Shown: piece after piece, positions 13,396 through 38,770 of the stretch
Position numbering within the stretch: position 1 is the first letter of the stretch
How the letters are laid out: each line of letters begins with the position of its first letter
NCBI GenBank assembly: GCA_030141605.1
Contig: JAQGDQ010001439.1
Location: 1-41,143 of the forward strand
Length of the DNA: 41,143 nucleotides
Direction: 5' to 3'
Source: Tubiluchus corallicola
Lineage: Eukaryota > Animalia > Priapulida
Notes under the pieces: model-generated
The model's input: only the letters and a program-made list of their open reading frames with translations
Told to the model about the DNA's origin: nothing
The model's database searches: none
Program-made: the position numbers and the translations under genes

Positions 13396-13770
13396 AGTTA
13401 AATCCATATCTAGAACAGAAGGATACTGACCCAGTTCAATAGTTAAACCACATGAAGAGGCCCAACAATAGACCATAAGCATCCTGTTATATAATGATTG
13501 TTACATAATGATGTGTTACATAATGACGAAATTGCGATTTGTTACATAATGAACTTCAACATACGCCAATGACAATGACAGCCAACATGAAAACTTCATG
13601 ATCCGTAATGGTTGTTTAAACTACAAAGCAACACAGGTCTTAAATTCTCGTGAAAGCATCACTACTTAAAACTTCCATCTAGGGTTTGAAATTTCGTGTT
13701 TTTCTTCTGGCGGAAAAAACTTGATAAAAAATTTACAAGTGAGTCCCCACCATGGCGATAACGATGTTAA

Positions 13771-14226
13771 CCCTTTCATACCCGTTGTATCCCGTGGGAT
13801 ACGAGAATATTTTCTGCCTTTAAAATTAATAAAATTTTAAAACTGAGAGTTATTTGATCTGTTAGTAGTTACTTTGATTTAAGCCAATAACAATAGACTA
13901 AAAATGGTGATAAAATGGCAAACTAGAAAATCTACATAACAAAAACTGCGCAAGGTACAGTACTTTAGAGACGACTTTGTACAGATCAGCATAGCATGCA
14001 TACTAAATGTCTTAAATACTTTAAAAAATTATCAGCAGTTGCAAAATGAAGCACATTTTATGCTTCCATTGAATCCCAATGTATCCCGTGGGATACAGGC
14101 TATATTTCGCACGCGGGTACAGGTAGAAAAAAATAATTATTATGTGTAAACAAGATGGACATACTGAACAAAACTAGCAAGCCAACATTTTTTTCTTATT
14201 AAAAAAATAATTTGGGACTGAAAGGG
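13771..14226. mobile_element. piggyBac-like MITE
   Basis: TTAA-CCCTTTCATACCC ... GGGACTGAAAGGG-TTAA; internal GTATCCCGTGGGATAC at 13787 and 14081. Confidence 0.88.
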
Positions 14227-14737
14227 TTAACAACAATAGATTTTTTAATTTCTTTCAGCAATTAATGAATTTTAAAAGATATTAAAGTAAAATTAGGCCT
14301 ACCTCTGGAATATCGTATTTTTTTGTTTTTTCCAAAAACAATTTAAAATCTTTTGTTCCCTTTAGCCGATTAAGCTCCTCGTCCTAAAAAAGTGAAAATA
14401 TTTCAGTAGAACACAGGTAAAGAAGTGAACAGAAGTAAGAAGAACTCAAGTAAAGTCGTCGATTCGATCGTAAAATTAGTTACAAGTTTTGGACACCTGA
14501 AGGTAGACGAAATAGTGCGTGATGTGTACTACGACAATGACATGTACTGATTACGTTCGTTTCAATTCGACTTTATTTTTAATGTGTTAAAATGTTTTTA
14601 AACAGACAGGATTATTCAATGATAAGTTTGTCGCCGATGCATCATTTTTTTTACAAAAGAGTCGAGAGAATTTGCTTGGATTTCATGGTCTAAGATACAT
14701 AAACAACCAAAATTTGTAGGGTGCATATTAAGCAACA

Positions 14738-15219
14738 TAGAGCCTGGTTAGTACTTGGATTGGTGACCGCCTAGGAATACCAGGTGCTGTAGGCTTGCGG
14801 GATGCCCACACTGTATCTCGACACTAGGCGGAGGAGCTGCACAAGCAGCCAACGGCTAGAGGGCGGAGGAGGTCAAGTGACCCAACGGCCATGTGTAGAG
14901 GAGTAAACCTTCCAAATCAGGAGTGGAGCCCCGAAGGCGGACCAGTGCAGCATGCTTACTGACTCCGGCAGCTCCTGCAGCCAATCTGGTGCCAAACGTA
15001 TCGCTCCGCTTTCCTTTGGACTACACCAGGGAGGAAGAGAGGGGGTTCCTGTTGTCTGGGCAACTCAGGATCTCCATACCCCTTGCCCAGGCGTGCGCCC
15101 TGGAGACGTTCAAGGATTGCACTGCTCAGCCACAGTCGACGCTGCAGCTCCATCAATGTGATCAATAACTGACTCTCTTGGCGCACATTCCATTGTCTTC
15201 CGAGACAGAAGGATGCCAA
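14738..15219 (+). mobile_element. 5S rRNA-derived SINE (SINE3) with RTE-derived tail, copy 1
   Basis: 3' half of 5S (GAGCCTGGTTAGTACTTGGATTGGTGACCGCCTAGGAATACCAGGTGCTGTAGGCTT) fused to a ~420-nt GC-rich body; 14-bp TSD CATATTAAGCAACA at 14724-14737 and 15220-15233. Confidence 0.88.
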
Positions 15220-15408
15220 CATATTAAGCAACACAGATTATACAAATATTTGTATGCTAACGTTTGGCCTTTGTTAGCTTTTTGACTTTTTTATTATTTT
15301 TGACTTATGTTTGGTAAATGGCAATTCTGTTGGACAACATATAATATATTTCAGATTTCAGATTTCCCAAGTTTCAGACTATTAATTTCGTTCAAATCAA
15401 ATGTCGAA

Positions 15409-15713
15409 ATATATATATATATAATCTTTATTTGCCATTAAAATACATTGATAATCACTGATAAAAACTTTACAGAGATGATCAATCAGTGTTAGTTATA
15501 AAAACTTGCACTGCTAAAGGCAAATGCGTCATTGCAATCTAAACTACTGTGCAGCAATGGAAAGTAACGACGAATAAAATCAAACATATTTACAATTATG
15601 CACAAACAAGTGAAAAAATTATGATTTAATTAACATGGCCGTGGATATATGAATACTGAATTAGTGTGTATGTTGTCGTACTGGTGTGATGGTATTTCAT
15701 ATCTGGTTAATAT
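15409..15713 (-). mobile_element. CR1/L2-group LINE 3' end, short copy
   Basis: Near-identical to 30752-31053; on -, ends AATAAAGAT(TA)n. Confidence 0.8.
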
Positions 15714-16284
15714 TATGACATATAATCGTAAAAACGTCAGTTTACATAAATATTATGCTATACTGCAAACGGAGATTTGAAAAACACAAATAAATGTTGT
15801 TGCAAATGTTTTCGGACCACCCGGTATAGCTTATGGTTCAATGATGATACTAGTATGTATGTTAATTACAGATGTAATTAATGCATCAAGATTACCAAAC
15901 ATTGACTGACAAAGAGTTGATAATGTGTCAAATAAGATGACATCAGAATGTGAGAAGAGTAATACATATGAGCACATAATACATAATACATAAAACATAC
16001 ATGATATGCTGATATCATTATCATTCACAGTAGTGAAATAAATGCTTGAGATTTAACAATGAAATTCTACAACATGAGATTATCAATGCAATCTCTGAAT
16101 GAGGTGGAAATTATGGTAAGTATTAAGAAAATAATCAAAATAATCAAAAATTATAACATATCTTTTGAAAGGAAACTTGCAAGTTAGTACAATTTTTCAT
16201 ACTTCATCGCAATATTTGCTCAATATTTTCCTTTCCTTCTATTGATTTTTATATGTCAATTTTTTGTGTTTTTTTTTGCAATCT

Positions 16285-16410
16285 GTGCCACACGTCACAT
16301 AGCATTGGCAGAATAAACAGTACAGGACTTAAAATTTCACCCTGCAGAACCCCGCTGGTTGCTGAGAATAGCCGGCTTAATTGTCTATTACAAATGAGTT
16401 GGTTTCTTTT
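16285..16410 (-). mobile_element. Degenerate non-LTR reverse transcriptase fragment
   Basis: Minus frame KRNQLICNRQLSRLFSATSGVLQGEILSPVLFIL matches the GVPQGxxLSPxLF RT motif; frame not maintained beyond. Confidence 0.7.
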
Positions 16411-16440
16411 CAATAACATTAAATTTTATTTCATCTTATA

Positions 16441-16620
16441 CATATATATATATTAATTCTTTATTTGTCATAAAATGGTTCACTCATTATAATAAAATTG
16501 AGTAAGCCTCAGCGTAATGTTAAAATAACAACACTGTTCAAGACAAATGCGTCCAGTGTATACTAAAAAAACTAAAGTGCAAAACTATATACAGTAAATG
16601 AACATATTTACAAACACCAT
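16441..16620 (-). mobile_element. Diverged relative of the CR1-group 3' UTR
   Basis: (TA)n-TTCTTTATTTGTCAT...ACACTG...CAAATGCGTCC...AACATATTTACAA, co-linear with 15409 and 30752. Confidence 0.55.
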
Positions 16621-17263
16621 ATTAAAATATTTTTACAAAATAATTTTACGAAAGTACATTAAATTTTACATGACATATTTTACACTATATATACATTTGA
16701 CATGACACAATTAACAGAAACATGCTTTACATTACATAAATTTCACTCATTACATTTACACTCTTCGTTGCTTTGTTGACATAGAAAAATGTTTTATTTG
16801 CGTGCAGTAAGTTGCTCGATTTCATACAGGAGCACGTATTTTTGGCTTTTTTTAACACGTCTGTACGTTTGCCTTCTCGCAGCGCCATCTGGTGATTAGA
16901 AACATCTGATACTTTTTATCACCATCAAATACGCGGTCACAGTTTCTGTGCCAATGCCCTGCCATTGTCCTTTCCCGTGAGGCGCGCCACGCAAAGGTTG
17001 ACATAACTTCGTCTCTTTAATTATTCTCGAAAACGTGGTTAATTAGCTAGACACTAATTAAATAATAGTAAACAATAGTCCCAAGGGTATTTGAATGCCC
17101 AAGGTAAATAGTCTAGAATGTTCACTTGTTGAGAATGCTCGTACGCATGGCAAACCCACAAAGCAAGACGGGAACAGTTCCTGACTACTTGCCTCCGAAA
17201 CGTAAATGTATCACAAAAATTATATATCATAATAACAATTTTTGTGATTATAATATTTGTTAA

Positions 17264-17650
17264 AGGAAAACCGGATGATTTTGTAAACATTGCTTCAGAA
17301 TCAAGAATGCTCTAAAATATTGAAAGCTACAATAGCTTTCTTTAAATCAAACCTTAGATTAAATAATAATTACCTCGGACACTCAAACTTTTTGTGACAT
17401 CACGCGTTTAAGCAGTGCTGTAACACTTATGCAAATGTGCTTGATGCGCAAGGGAAGATATCTGCCATTGCACTAGCTGTGGTTAGTTTCTGACGTAAGC
17501 AATAGCTGTGTTCGGTTGCCGTTAATTAACTTTCTAAGCTAATTATTCAAATATAAGAAACAATTGCTAACTTTTTTAGGCAAGAAAACGTATATTTTGC
17601 ACAGTGAATTAAAATGAGATTGAGTCTAAACAATCGTCCGGGTTTACTTA
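17264..17650. mobile_element. Kolobok-like MITE, family A, copy 2 (internally deleted)
   Basis: TTAA-AGGAAAACCGGATGATT ... ACAATCGTCCGGGTTTACT; lacks the ~170-nt central segment. Confidence 0.8.
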
Positions 17651-18143
17651 AAAATTAAGTTCTCTGCTACTATGGCTCCTGAAATTTTGGTGATTATTTT
17701 CGTTCGGGCACCAAAAGTTAGGGAAGGATTAAAAAGCAAAAAAGGATGCATTGTACAACAGGGAGAGCTGGTGCAATTTTTCTTATACTTGACTGGAAAT
17801 TTATGGTATATAGAGAATTTTGATGAGGATTTGAGAATTCTGACAAAAGTAAATATTTAAACTATCCCTTCTGTTTAAACGCTACACGAATTGTGAACGA
17901 ATTTTTTAAGACATCATAACCACTAAGGTTTAGATCAAGGCAAGAAAAACTGTTTTATTTTGTTTCGATTAAGAAATAGAATTTTTATTCATTGTATATA
18001 AGTTCCCTTGACGGCAGATTCTTGTAAAATACAGGGAGGTGCATAAACGTTTGCTAGGGGGTGCTCTGACCACACCCCTCAAGCTTGCAGGATGTGAGAG
18101 ACTTATAAAACTTCCACACCAAATTTTTAGGGCATGAAAGACA

Positions 18144-18640
18144 TTGTTGTTGGCATCCTTCTGTCTCGGAAGACAATGGAGTGTGCGCCAAGAGAGTCAG
18201 TCATTGATCACATTGATGGAGCTGCAGCGTCGACTGTGGCTGAGCAGTCCGATCCTTGAACGTCTCCAGGGCGCACGCCTGCGCAAGGTGTATGGAGATC
18301 CTGAGTTGCCCGGACAACAGGAACGCCCTCTCTTCCCCGCTGGTGCAGTAAAAAAGGAAAGCGGAGCGATACATTTGGCACCAGGTTGGCAGCAGGAGCT
18401 ACCGGAGTCAGTGAGCATGCTGCACTGGTCCGCCTTCGGGGTTCCACTCCTGATTTGGAAGGTTTACTCCTCTACACATGGCCGTTGGGTCACTTGACCT
18501 CCTCCGCCCTCTTGCCGTTGGCTGCTTGTGCAGCTCCTGTATACAGTGTGGGCATCCCGCAAGTCTACGGCACCTGGTATTCCTAGGCGGTTACCCATCA
18601 AAGTACTAACCAGGCTCTACGTTGCTTAACTTCGGTGATC
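18144..18640 (-). mobile_element. 5S rRNA-derived SINE with RTE-derived tail, copy 2
   Basis: Reverse complement begins GATCACCGAAGTTAAGCAACGTAGAGCCTGGTTAGTACTTTGATGGGTAACCGCCTAGGAATACCAGGTGCCGTAGACTT; same body as copy 1; (CAA)n tail. Confidence 0.9.
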
Positions 18641-19189
18641 ACTCGTAATTTTTTCTCACCTCCCTTAGCAAGAGGTTATGTATTACCCTGTATGTAAAAA
18701 CAAAACCACTTGTCAAACACCGACAAATAAACACACACAGAGAGAAACATAATCAATCGCTCCGTGATTGATCAGTAATAGATAAATAGTGAAGAAACAC
18801 CATGTATTGTTTTCTCAATTGCAAGTGTGGCAATTTACGAAAGTTCGAACTGTTCAGAAACCCATCAATCGATTAGTAACCAATCAATAACCAGTCGCTT
18901 TATGTATGTGGAGAATCAAAGCACGAATTCGTATGAATTCACTGACTCTCCGTGCAAGCAGCAGAACGAATGTAACCAGACGCAAAAATTAAAGAATCAC
19001 GTTTGAAAAATCAGTAGAAAAAACGCCAATATGGTTGAAAATTTGCATCTAAATAGAATTCAGTTGCAAGAAAAATGCTTGCAAATCCATCAATCAACGT
19101 ATTAATTAATTTATCAATTAATCAATAACAGATCGCGGTTTAGAAGGGACCGCTCATATTTTGTAAATAATGAAAATCTGGCTGGTAAT

Positions 19190-19462
19190 GGCAAGTTCCA
19201 GGATCTGCAGTGTCATTTCTGGCAAGTTCCAGGATCTGCAGTGTCATTTCTGGCAAGTTCCAGGATCTGCAGTGTCATTTCTGGCAAGTTCCAGGATCTA
19301 CAGTGTCATTTCTGGCAAGTTCCAGGATCTACAGTGTCATTTCTGGCAAGTTCCAGGATCTACAGTGTCATTTCAAGTTCCAGGATCTACAGTGTCATTT
19401 CTGGCAAATTCCAGGATCTACACTGTCATTTCTGGCAAGTTCCAGGATCTACAGTCATTTCT
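19190..19462. repeat. 31-bp minisatellite (~9 copies)
   Basis: Unit GGCAAGTTCCAGGATCTRCAGTGTCATTTCT. Confidence 0.97.
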
Positions 19463-19589
19463 ACTTTGATCTAATAACTGTTATCCATAAATTCTTTGTT
19501 TCTTTGCTTCTTTGGCATATAGTTTCATTCATTGTATTGTCTCATTGTAGGTCTTATTTCGAGAATCGAACAAAGTAAGTAAGTTAGTG

Positions 19590-20035
19590 AGACAGAGACA
19601 CAGACGGACAGACGGACAGACAGATGACAGAGAAATAGGCAGACAGACAGACAGACAGACATGCAGGTAGGCAGACAGACAGGCGGGTACACATGCAGCA
19701 GACAGACATACATAAATACATACATACAGACAGACAGATAGACAGACAGACAGACAGGTACACATGCAGACAGACAGACAGACAGACAGGAAGGCAGGTA
19801 GGCAGGCGGGCAGACAGACAGGCATGTGCACATGTAACAGACAGGCAGGCAGGCAGATAGACAGACAGCCAGGTACACGTGCAACAGACAGACAGGTACA
19901 CATGCAGACAGACAGACAGACAGGAAGGCAGGCAGGCAGGTAGGCAGGCGGGCAGACAGACAGACAGACAGGCAGGTGCACATGTAACAGACAGACAGGC
20001 AGGCAGCAGACAAACAGACAGACAGGTACACATGC

Positions 20036-20076
<41 letters not shown>

Positions 20077-20750
20077 GGTACACATGCAGCAGACAGACAG
20101 GCAGGCAGGAAGGCAGGTAAGCAGGCGGGCAGACAGACAGACAGACAGGCATGTGCACATGTAACAGACAGACAGGCAGGCAGGCAGATAGACAGACAGC
20201 CAGGTACACGTGCAACAGACAGACAGACAGGTACACATGCAGACAGACAGACAGACAGGAAGGCAGGAAGGCAGGCGGGCAGACAGACAGACAGGCAGGT
20301 GCACATGTAACAGACAGACAGGCAGGCAGCAGACAAACAGACAGACAGGTACACATGCAGCAGACAGACAGGCAGGTAGAGGGAGGCAGGTAGGCAGGCA
20401 GAGAAACAGTCATGCAGGTAGACAGACTGACAGACAGGCGGGCAGGAAGGCAGGTAGGCAGGCAGGCAGGCGGGCAGACAGACAGACAGACAGACAGACA
20501 GACAGGTTCACATGCAGACAGACAGACAGGTACACATGCAGCAGACAGACAGACAGACAGGCAGACAGACAAACAGACAGGTACACATGCAGACAGACAG
20601 ACACGCACACATGCAACAGACAGACAGGCAGACAGACAGCCAGGTACACATGCAGAAGACAGACAGACAAACAGGCAGGTAGACATGCATGTAGGCAGGC
20701 AGAGAAACAGACATGCAGGCAGACAGACAGCCAGCAGACAAACAAACAAG
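19590..20750. repeat. Complex (CAGA)n/(CAGG)n tetranucleotide satellite
   Basis: Tetramer runs punctuated by GGTACACATG; duplicated blocks. Confidence 0.97.
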
Positions 20751-21557
20751 CGCTAGCTGCACTTACGACAGCGGTAGCTCTTAGACTGGGACACACGTCT
20801 GACTAACTCAAGCGGTTCTTGATAAATGATCTGCAATTAGCGACTCGAGATCTTCATTAACATTTTCCACATTACAATCAACAGGTTCACTGACCACTAT
20901 TCATTCAAATTTCGTATCTTAAAAGCTGATTTTCATGTGCTGCTATGACTTTTCCTAGACAGAAGTTTTGTCCAGTTAGAAAGTCCAAGTAAGTTTGTTA
21001 ACATTGTTAATTTCACTTTTATATAATCTGCGTATCATTGCTAACATTGTGCGGCAGGAATTTTGTTTTTTATTGCCACTTCTTTGACTTACTTTAAATC
21101 TTTGACGTCAATTTTAAAATCAAACAATGTCAGTAAACTAATTCAGTGTAAAAACGGTTCATTATATAGGAAACAAAAACCGTTTGTAAAATACTGTCAA
21201 GTAATAAATTCGATAAGAGCGCGCGTCTGTGTGTCTGCTTGTCCGTCCTCCTGCAAACAGTTTCTAGCTCGAGTGGCAAAACCATCAGCGTTGAAGTTTT
21301 ACAGTAAGCTAGACGTTTTCACTTTTTGGCAAGTTTAGATTTTTTAATCAGACGGCTAAAAATAACCTCAAATCTTTCGTCTGCTAAAGGACTAAGATTA
21401 TTTTTAAAGGAAAGGTCAAGCGTTCTGGGAAGTTAGGCTTATTTTATTGTCACGAAAAATATTAGAAGAATATAGTAATAAAGTGTTATAAGCCTCGTGT
21501 GTAATTAGTAAAGTCACTTAGTAAAATGGCGATCATTTTGTGCTTGAACGCTTCCAT

Positions 21558-21845
21558 TTTGTACGCCGGTTTTCCACCAATGACGTTGTTTGTACGCCGG
21601 TTTTCCACCAATGACGTTGTTTGTACGCCGCTTTTCCACCAATGACATTGTTTGTATGCCGGTTTTCTACCAATGATGTTGTTTGTACGCCGGTTTTCCA
21701 CCAGTGACGTTGTTTGTACGCCGCTTTTCCACCAATGACGTTGTTTGTACGCCGCTTTTCCACCAATGACGTTGTTTGTACGCCGCTTTTCCACCAATGA
21801 ACGTTGTTTGTACGCCGCTTTTCCACCAATGACGTTTCCACCAAT
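21558..21845. repeat. 31-bp minisatellite (~9 copies)
   Basis: Unit TTTGTACGCCGSTTTTCCACCAATGACGTTG. Confidence 0.97.
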
Positions 21846-22375
21846 TTACATCCAATCAGTTCGTGCACTTAAGTTTTCATTTTATTTATATCCAATCAGT
21901 TCGTGTACTTAAGTTTTCACTTTATTGACATCGAATCAGTTCGTGTACTTGAGTTTTCACTTTATTGGCGTCGAATCAGTTCGTGCACTTAAGTTTTCAT
22001 TTTATTTACATCGAATCAGTTCGTTCACTTAAGTTTTCATTTTATTGGCATCGAATCAGTTCGTGTACTTAAGTTTTCACTTTATTTACATCGAATCAGC
22101 TCGTGTACTTAAGTTTTCACTTTATTTACATCGAATCAGTTCGTTCACTTAAGTTTTCACTTTATTGGCGTGGAATCAGCTCGTGTACTTAAGTTTTCAC
22201 TTTATTTACATCGAATCAGTTCGTGTACTTAAGTTTTCACTTTATTGACATCGAATCAGTTCGCGTACTTGAGTTTTCACTTTATTGGCATCGAATCAGT
22301 TCGTGTACTTAAGTTTTCATTTTATTGGCATCGAATCAGTTCGCGTACTTAAGTTTTCATTTTATTGGCATCGAA
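21846..22375. repeat. 40-bp minisatellite (~13 copies)
   Basis: Unit CATCGAATCAGTTCGTGTACTTAAGTTTTCACTTTATTKR. Confidence 0.97.
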
Positions 22376-23175
22376 GGCCATGTCAAAGATGTCATAGCTG
22401 TGCAGAGAGGTTTCTCAGGCATTTTAGATGCTCTTTGAAGAAGCTCAAAACAGAATGGCATCTGTGATTAACAGAAGTGAGCAATTTAAAACCCAAAATG
22501 TGTCAAACAGTAAATGCTGTGCTTGAAATACCCACAATTAGGTTCTGCATTTTCTTAGAGACGATTAATCAAAACACAAGAACATTATCAGGCAACAAGA
22601 GGTAGGGCTCAAAACGTAGTTTCCTGCTGAGTCGTGACATTCTGACTCAAGAGGGGAAAGAGCTTTTTGTACCAGTTTAGAGTTTATTAGCACTAGTCAC
22701 AAGTACATGACAAACTTAAAAAACGCGTTTCAATTTAAAAAAAAGTTGAAAAACTAAAAACACGTAAGCACAATCCAGCTATGTAAGCGGGTGGGTGACC
22801 CTAGAGACCGCTTAAGCTTCGCTAGCAAGTTGCGTGACGTTTTCTGCATATATTACATTCCAGCTGGTTAAATCAGAAACTAAAATATTATGAAATATTA
22901 AAATTTTATCCGCAAATAGCTAAAAATATTCAAATTTAACTGGTTTAAAAATGAATTTTTGAATTAGCTAGAACAGATGATAAGTTTGCTTTTTTTTATT
23001 CTTAGTGAAGCTGCAATTGAAATTTACTCTTAGCGATAGTGGTTAAGGCAAATAGATTCCAATTCTTGTCAGCACATCTGTAAATTTTGCATCTTTTTTG
23101 GTTTAAAAAATTCCATCTTTTTTAATTGTATTTGAGCTTCTGACTGCCCTGCTTTTACCCAAGTTTGCTGCGGCC

Positions 23176-24157
23176 AACTTCGTAAAAGTCATGAGTTAAT
23201 GAAGTACTCAAATTTAAATAGGACAATAACTTCGTAAAAGCCATGAGTTAATGAAGTACTCAAATTTAAACAGGACAATAACTTCGCAAAAGCCGTGAGT
23301 TAATGAAGTACTCAAATTTAAGCAGGATAATAACTTCGTAAAAGCCATGAGTTAATGAAGTACTCAAATTGAAACAGGACAATAACTTCGTAAAAGCCAT
23401 GAGTTAATGAAGTACTCAAATTGAAACAGGACAATAACTTCGTAAAAGCCATGAGTTAATAAAGGTACTCAAATTTAAACAGGACAATAGCTTCGTAAAA
23501 GCCATGAGTTAATGAAGTACTCAAATTTAAACAGGATAATAACTTCGCAAAAGCCATGAGTTAATGCAGCACTCAAATTTAAACAGGACAATAACTTCGC
23601 AAAAGCCATGAGTTAATGAAGTACTCAAATTTAAACAGGACAATATCTTCGCAAAAGCCATGGGTTAATGAAGTACTCAAATTTAAACAGGACAATAACT
23701 TCGTAAAAGCCATGAGTTAATGAAGTACTCAAATTTAAACAGGATAATAACTTCACAAAAGCCATGAGTTAATGCAGCACTCAAATTTAAACAGGACAAT
23801 AACTTCGCAAAAGCCATGAGTTAATGAAGTACTCAAATTTAAACAGGACAATAACTTCGTAAAAGCCATGAGTTAATGAAGTACTCAAATTTAAACAGGA
23901 CAATAACTTCGTAAAAGCCATGAGTTAATGAAGTACTCAAATTTAAACAGGAAAATAACTTCGCAAAAGCCATGAGTTAATGAAGTACTCAAATTTAAAC
24001 AGGACAATAACTTCGCAAAAGCCATGAGTTAATGAAGTACTCAAATTTAAACAGGACAATAACTTCGTAAAAGCCATGAGTTAGTGAAGTACTCAAATTT
24101 AAACAGGACAATAACTTCGCAAAAGCCATGAGTTAATGAAGTACTCAAATTTAAACA
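23176..24157. repeat. 52-bp minisatellite (~19 copies)
   Basis: Unit AACTTCGYAAAAGCCATGAGTTAATGAAGTACTCAAATTTAAACAGGACAAT. Confidence 0.97.
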
Positions 24158-24359
24158 ATATCACTAAATGTGTCTCACATTTGATATAAATACTGTCAAC
24201 GAGTTTGAAGAAATCACGCGATGTCACAAGATTTAAAGGAAAACACAACAATTTTTCAGACCTTAACCTCATTTTGAGCTATTTATAATTGGTAATTCAA
24301 CATGTCCAAGTTAACAGTTAAGAATCTTAACTTTGTGAGGTTTTATCGAATACCGATAG

Positions 24360-24402
24360 AAACCAGATCAAACTAGATCAAACTAGATCAAACTAGATCA
24401 AA
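24360..24402. repeat. 10-bp repeat x4
   Basis: (AACTAGATCA)4. Confidence 0.9.
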
Positions 24403-24423
24403 AACAATTGGTTGCGCATACTT

Positions 24424-37861
<13,438 letters not shown>

Positions 37862-38177
37862 CTAGTTTAAAATAATCGATAAATGCTGATTTGATTCACT
37901 TATGCTTTATTGACGAAGTACGTGTGCCAGTAAAGCTGTGTTAAATAATGATTTTGATTAAATTGGTGATTAAATTATTAAATTAATAATTCAAGATTAA
38001 ATGCTTGACGATGTAAGATTAAACTATCGTCGTGGATAGAAGCCTAGTTAGGTGTGGCATCACGTGACCAGCCGATGTACTCAGAAGTAAAGATTGATGA
38101 TGTAATCCTTATGCGCAGAAGCTCACGGCGCATTGGGTAGTTAGACAGAAGTGTTTTGAGGCCCGCACCTCGGGAGA

Positions 38178-38470
38178 GATTAGTAACTGACTTGAAGACG
38201 GAGGGCTGGCATTACTATCCTCTTATACTTACCGTGTTGTGTTTGTTGTTTAATAAATGTGTTGCTTATTAAATAAAGTCTTGATAGTTTGCCACGCCCA
38301 TCGTGGCTGTCTCACACGCCACGCAATAAACAACAATAATCACCAAGCAGCTTTAACCACAAGAATAAATAAACATGAATTAAATTATTTTACTCTAACC
38401 CCAAGTGAGAATATGTGTTTGAGCATAAAATACCTAATCGAAAAATGCATAAAGAAACTTGCTTTGAAGA
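38178..38470. mobile_element. Half copy (spacer plus one arm) of the hairpin element
   Basis: 38178-38370 matches 25156-25349; 38370-38470 is the reverse complement of 24916-25017. Confidence 0.85.
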
Positions 38471-38770
38471 GAACATGAAAGATTCACTAGAAGTCCAAGG
38501 ATTATTGGTGACATGGAGTAAAAATTGGAAAATTTGAATTAAAAATCTATATCTGAATTAAAAAATAGGCTTAATTATGCCAAATCAAACGTTTTATTCA
38601 GCTGTCTGTAAAGGCAACCAGAAGACGGATAATTTAGAAATTGCAATCGCATTTTTCATTTTCTAATTCTTTCAAATTGGTTCTCAAATAATTCTTCAAT
38701 TATGTTCTGTCGAACAATTCATCATTTTGTTCTACTGCAACCGAGAACAAGAATTGTCAATGTAGCAGAC

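Noticed and set aside
14728-14796. Functional 5S rRNA gene (also 18561-18640)
   Set aside because: The 5' part of 5S is missing, there is no T-run terminator, and it is fused to a shared repeat body with a TSD; it is a SINE head
19525-20806. Long Cys/Leu/Ser- or Gln/Thr/Asp/Arg-rich ORFs up to 406 aa
   Set aside because: Translations of CAGA/CAGG satellite, open in many frames on both strands
20775-23175. Terminal exon of the FAM47-like gene
   Set aside because: Several short open stretches were checked on -; none has both a phase-compatible acceptor and a FAM47-like C-terminal motif
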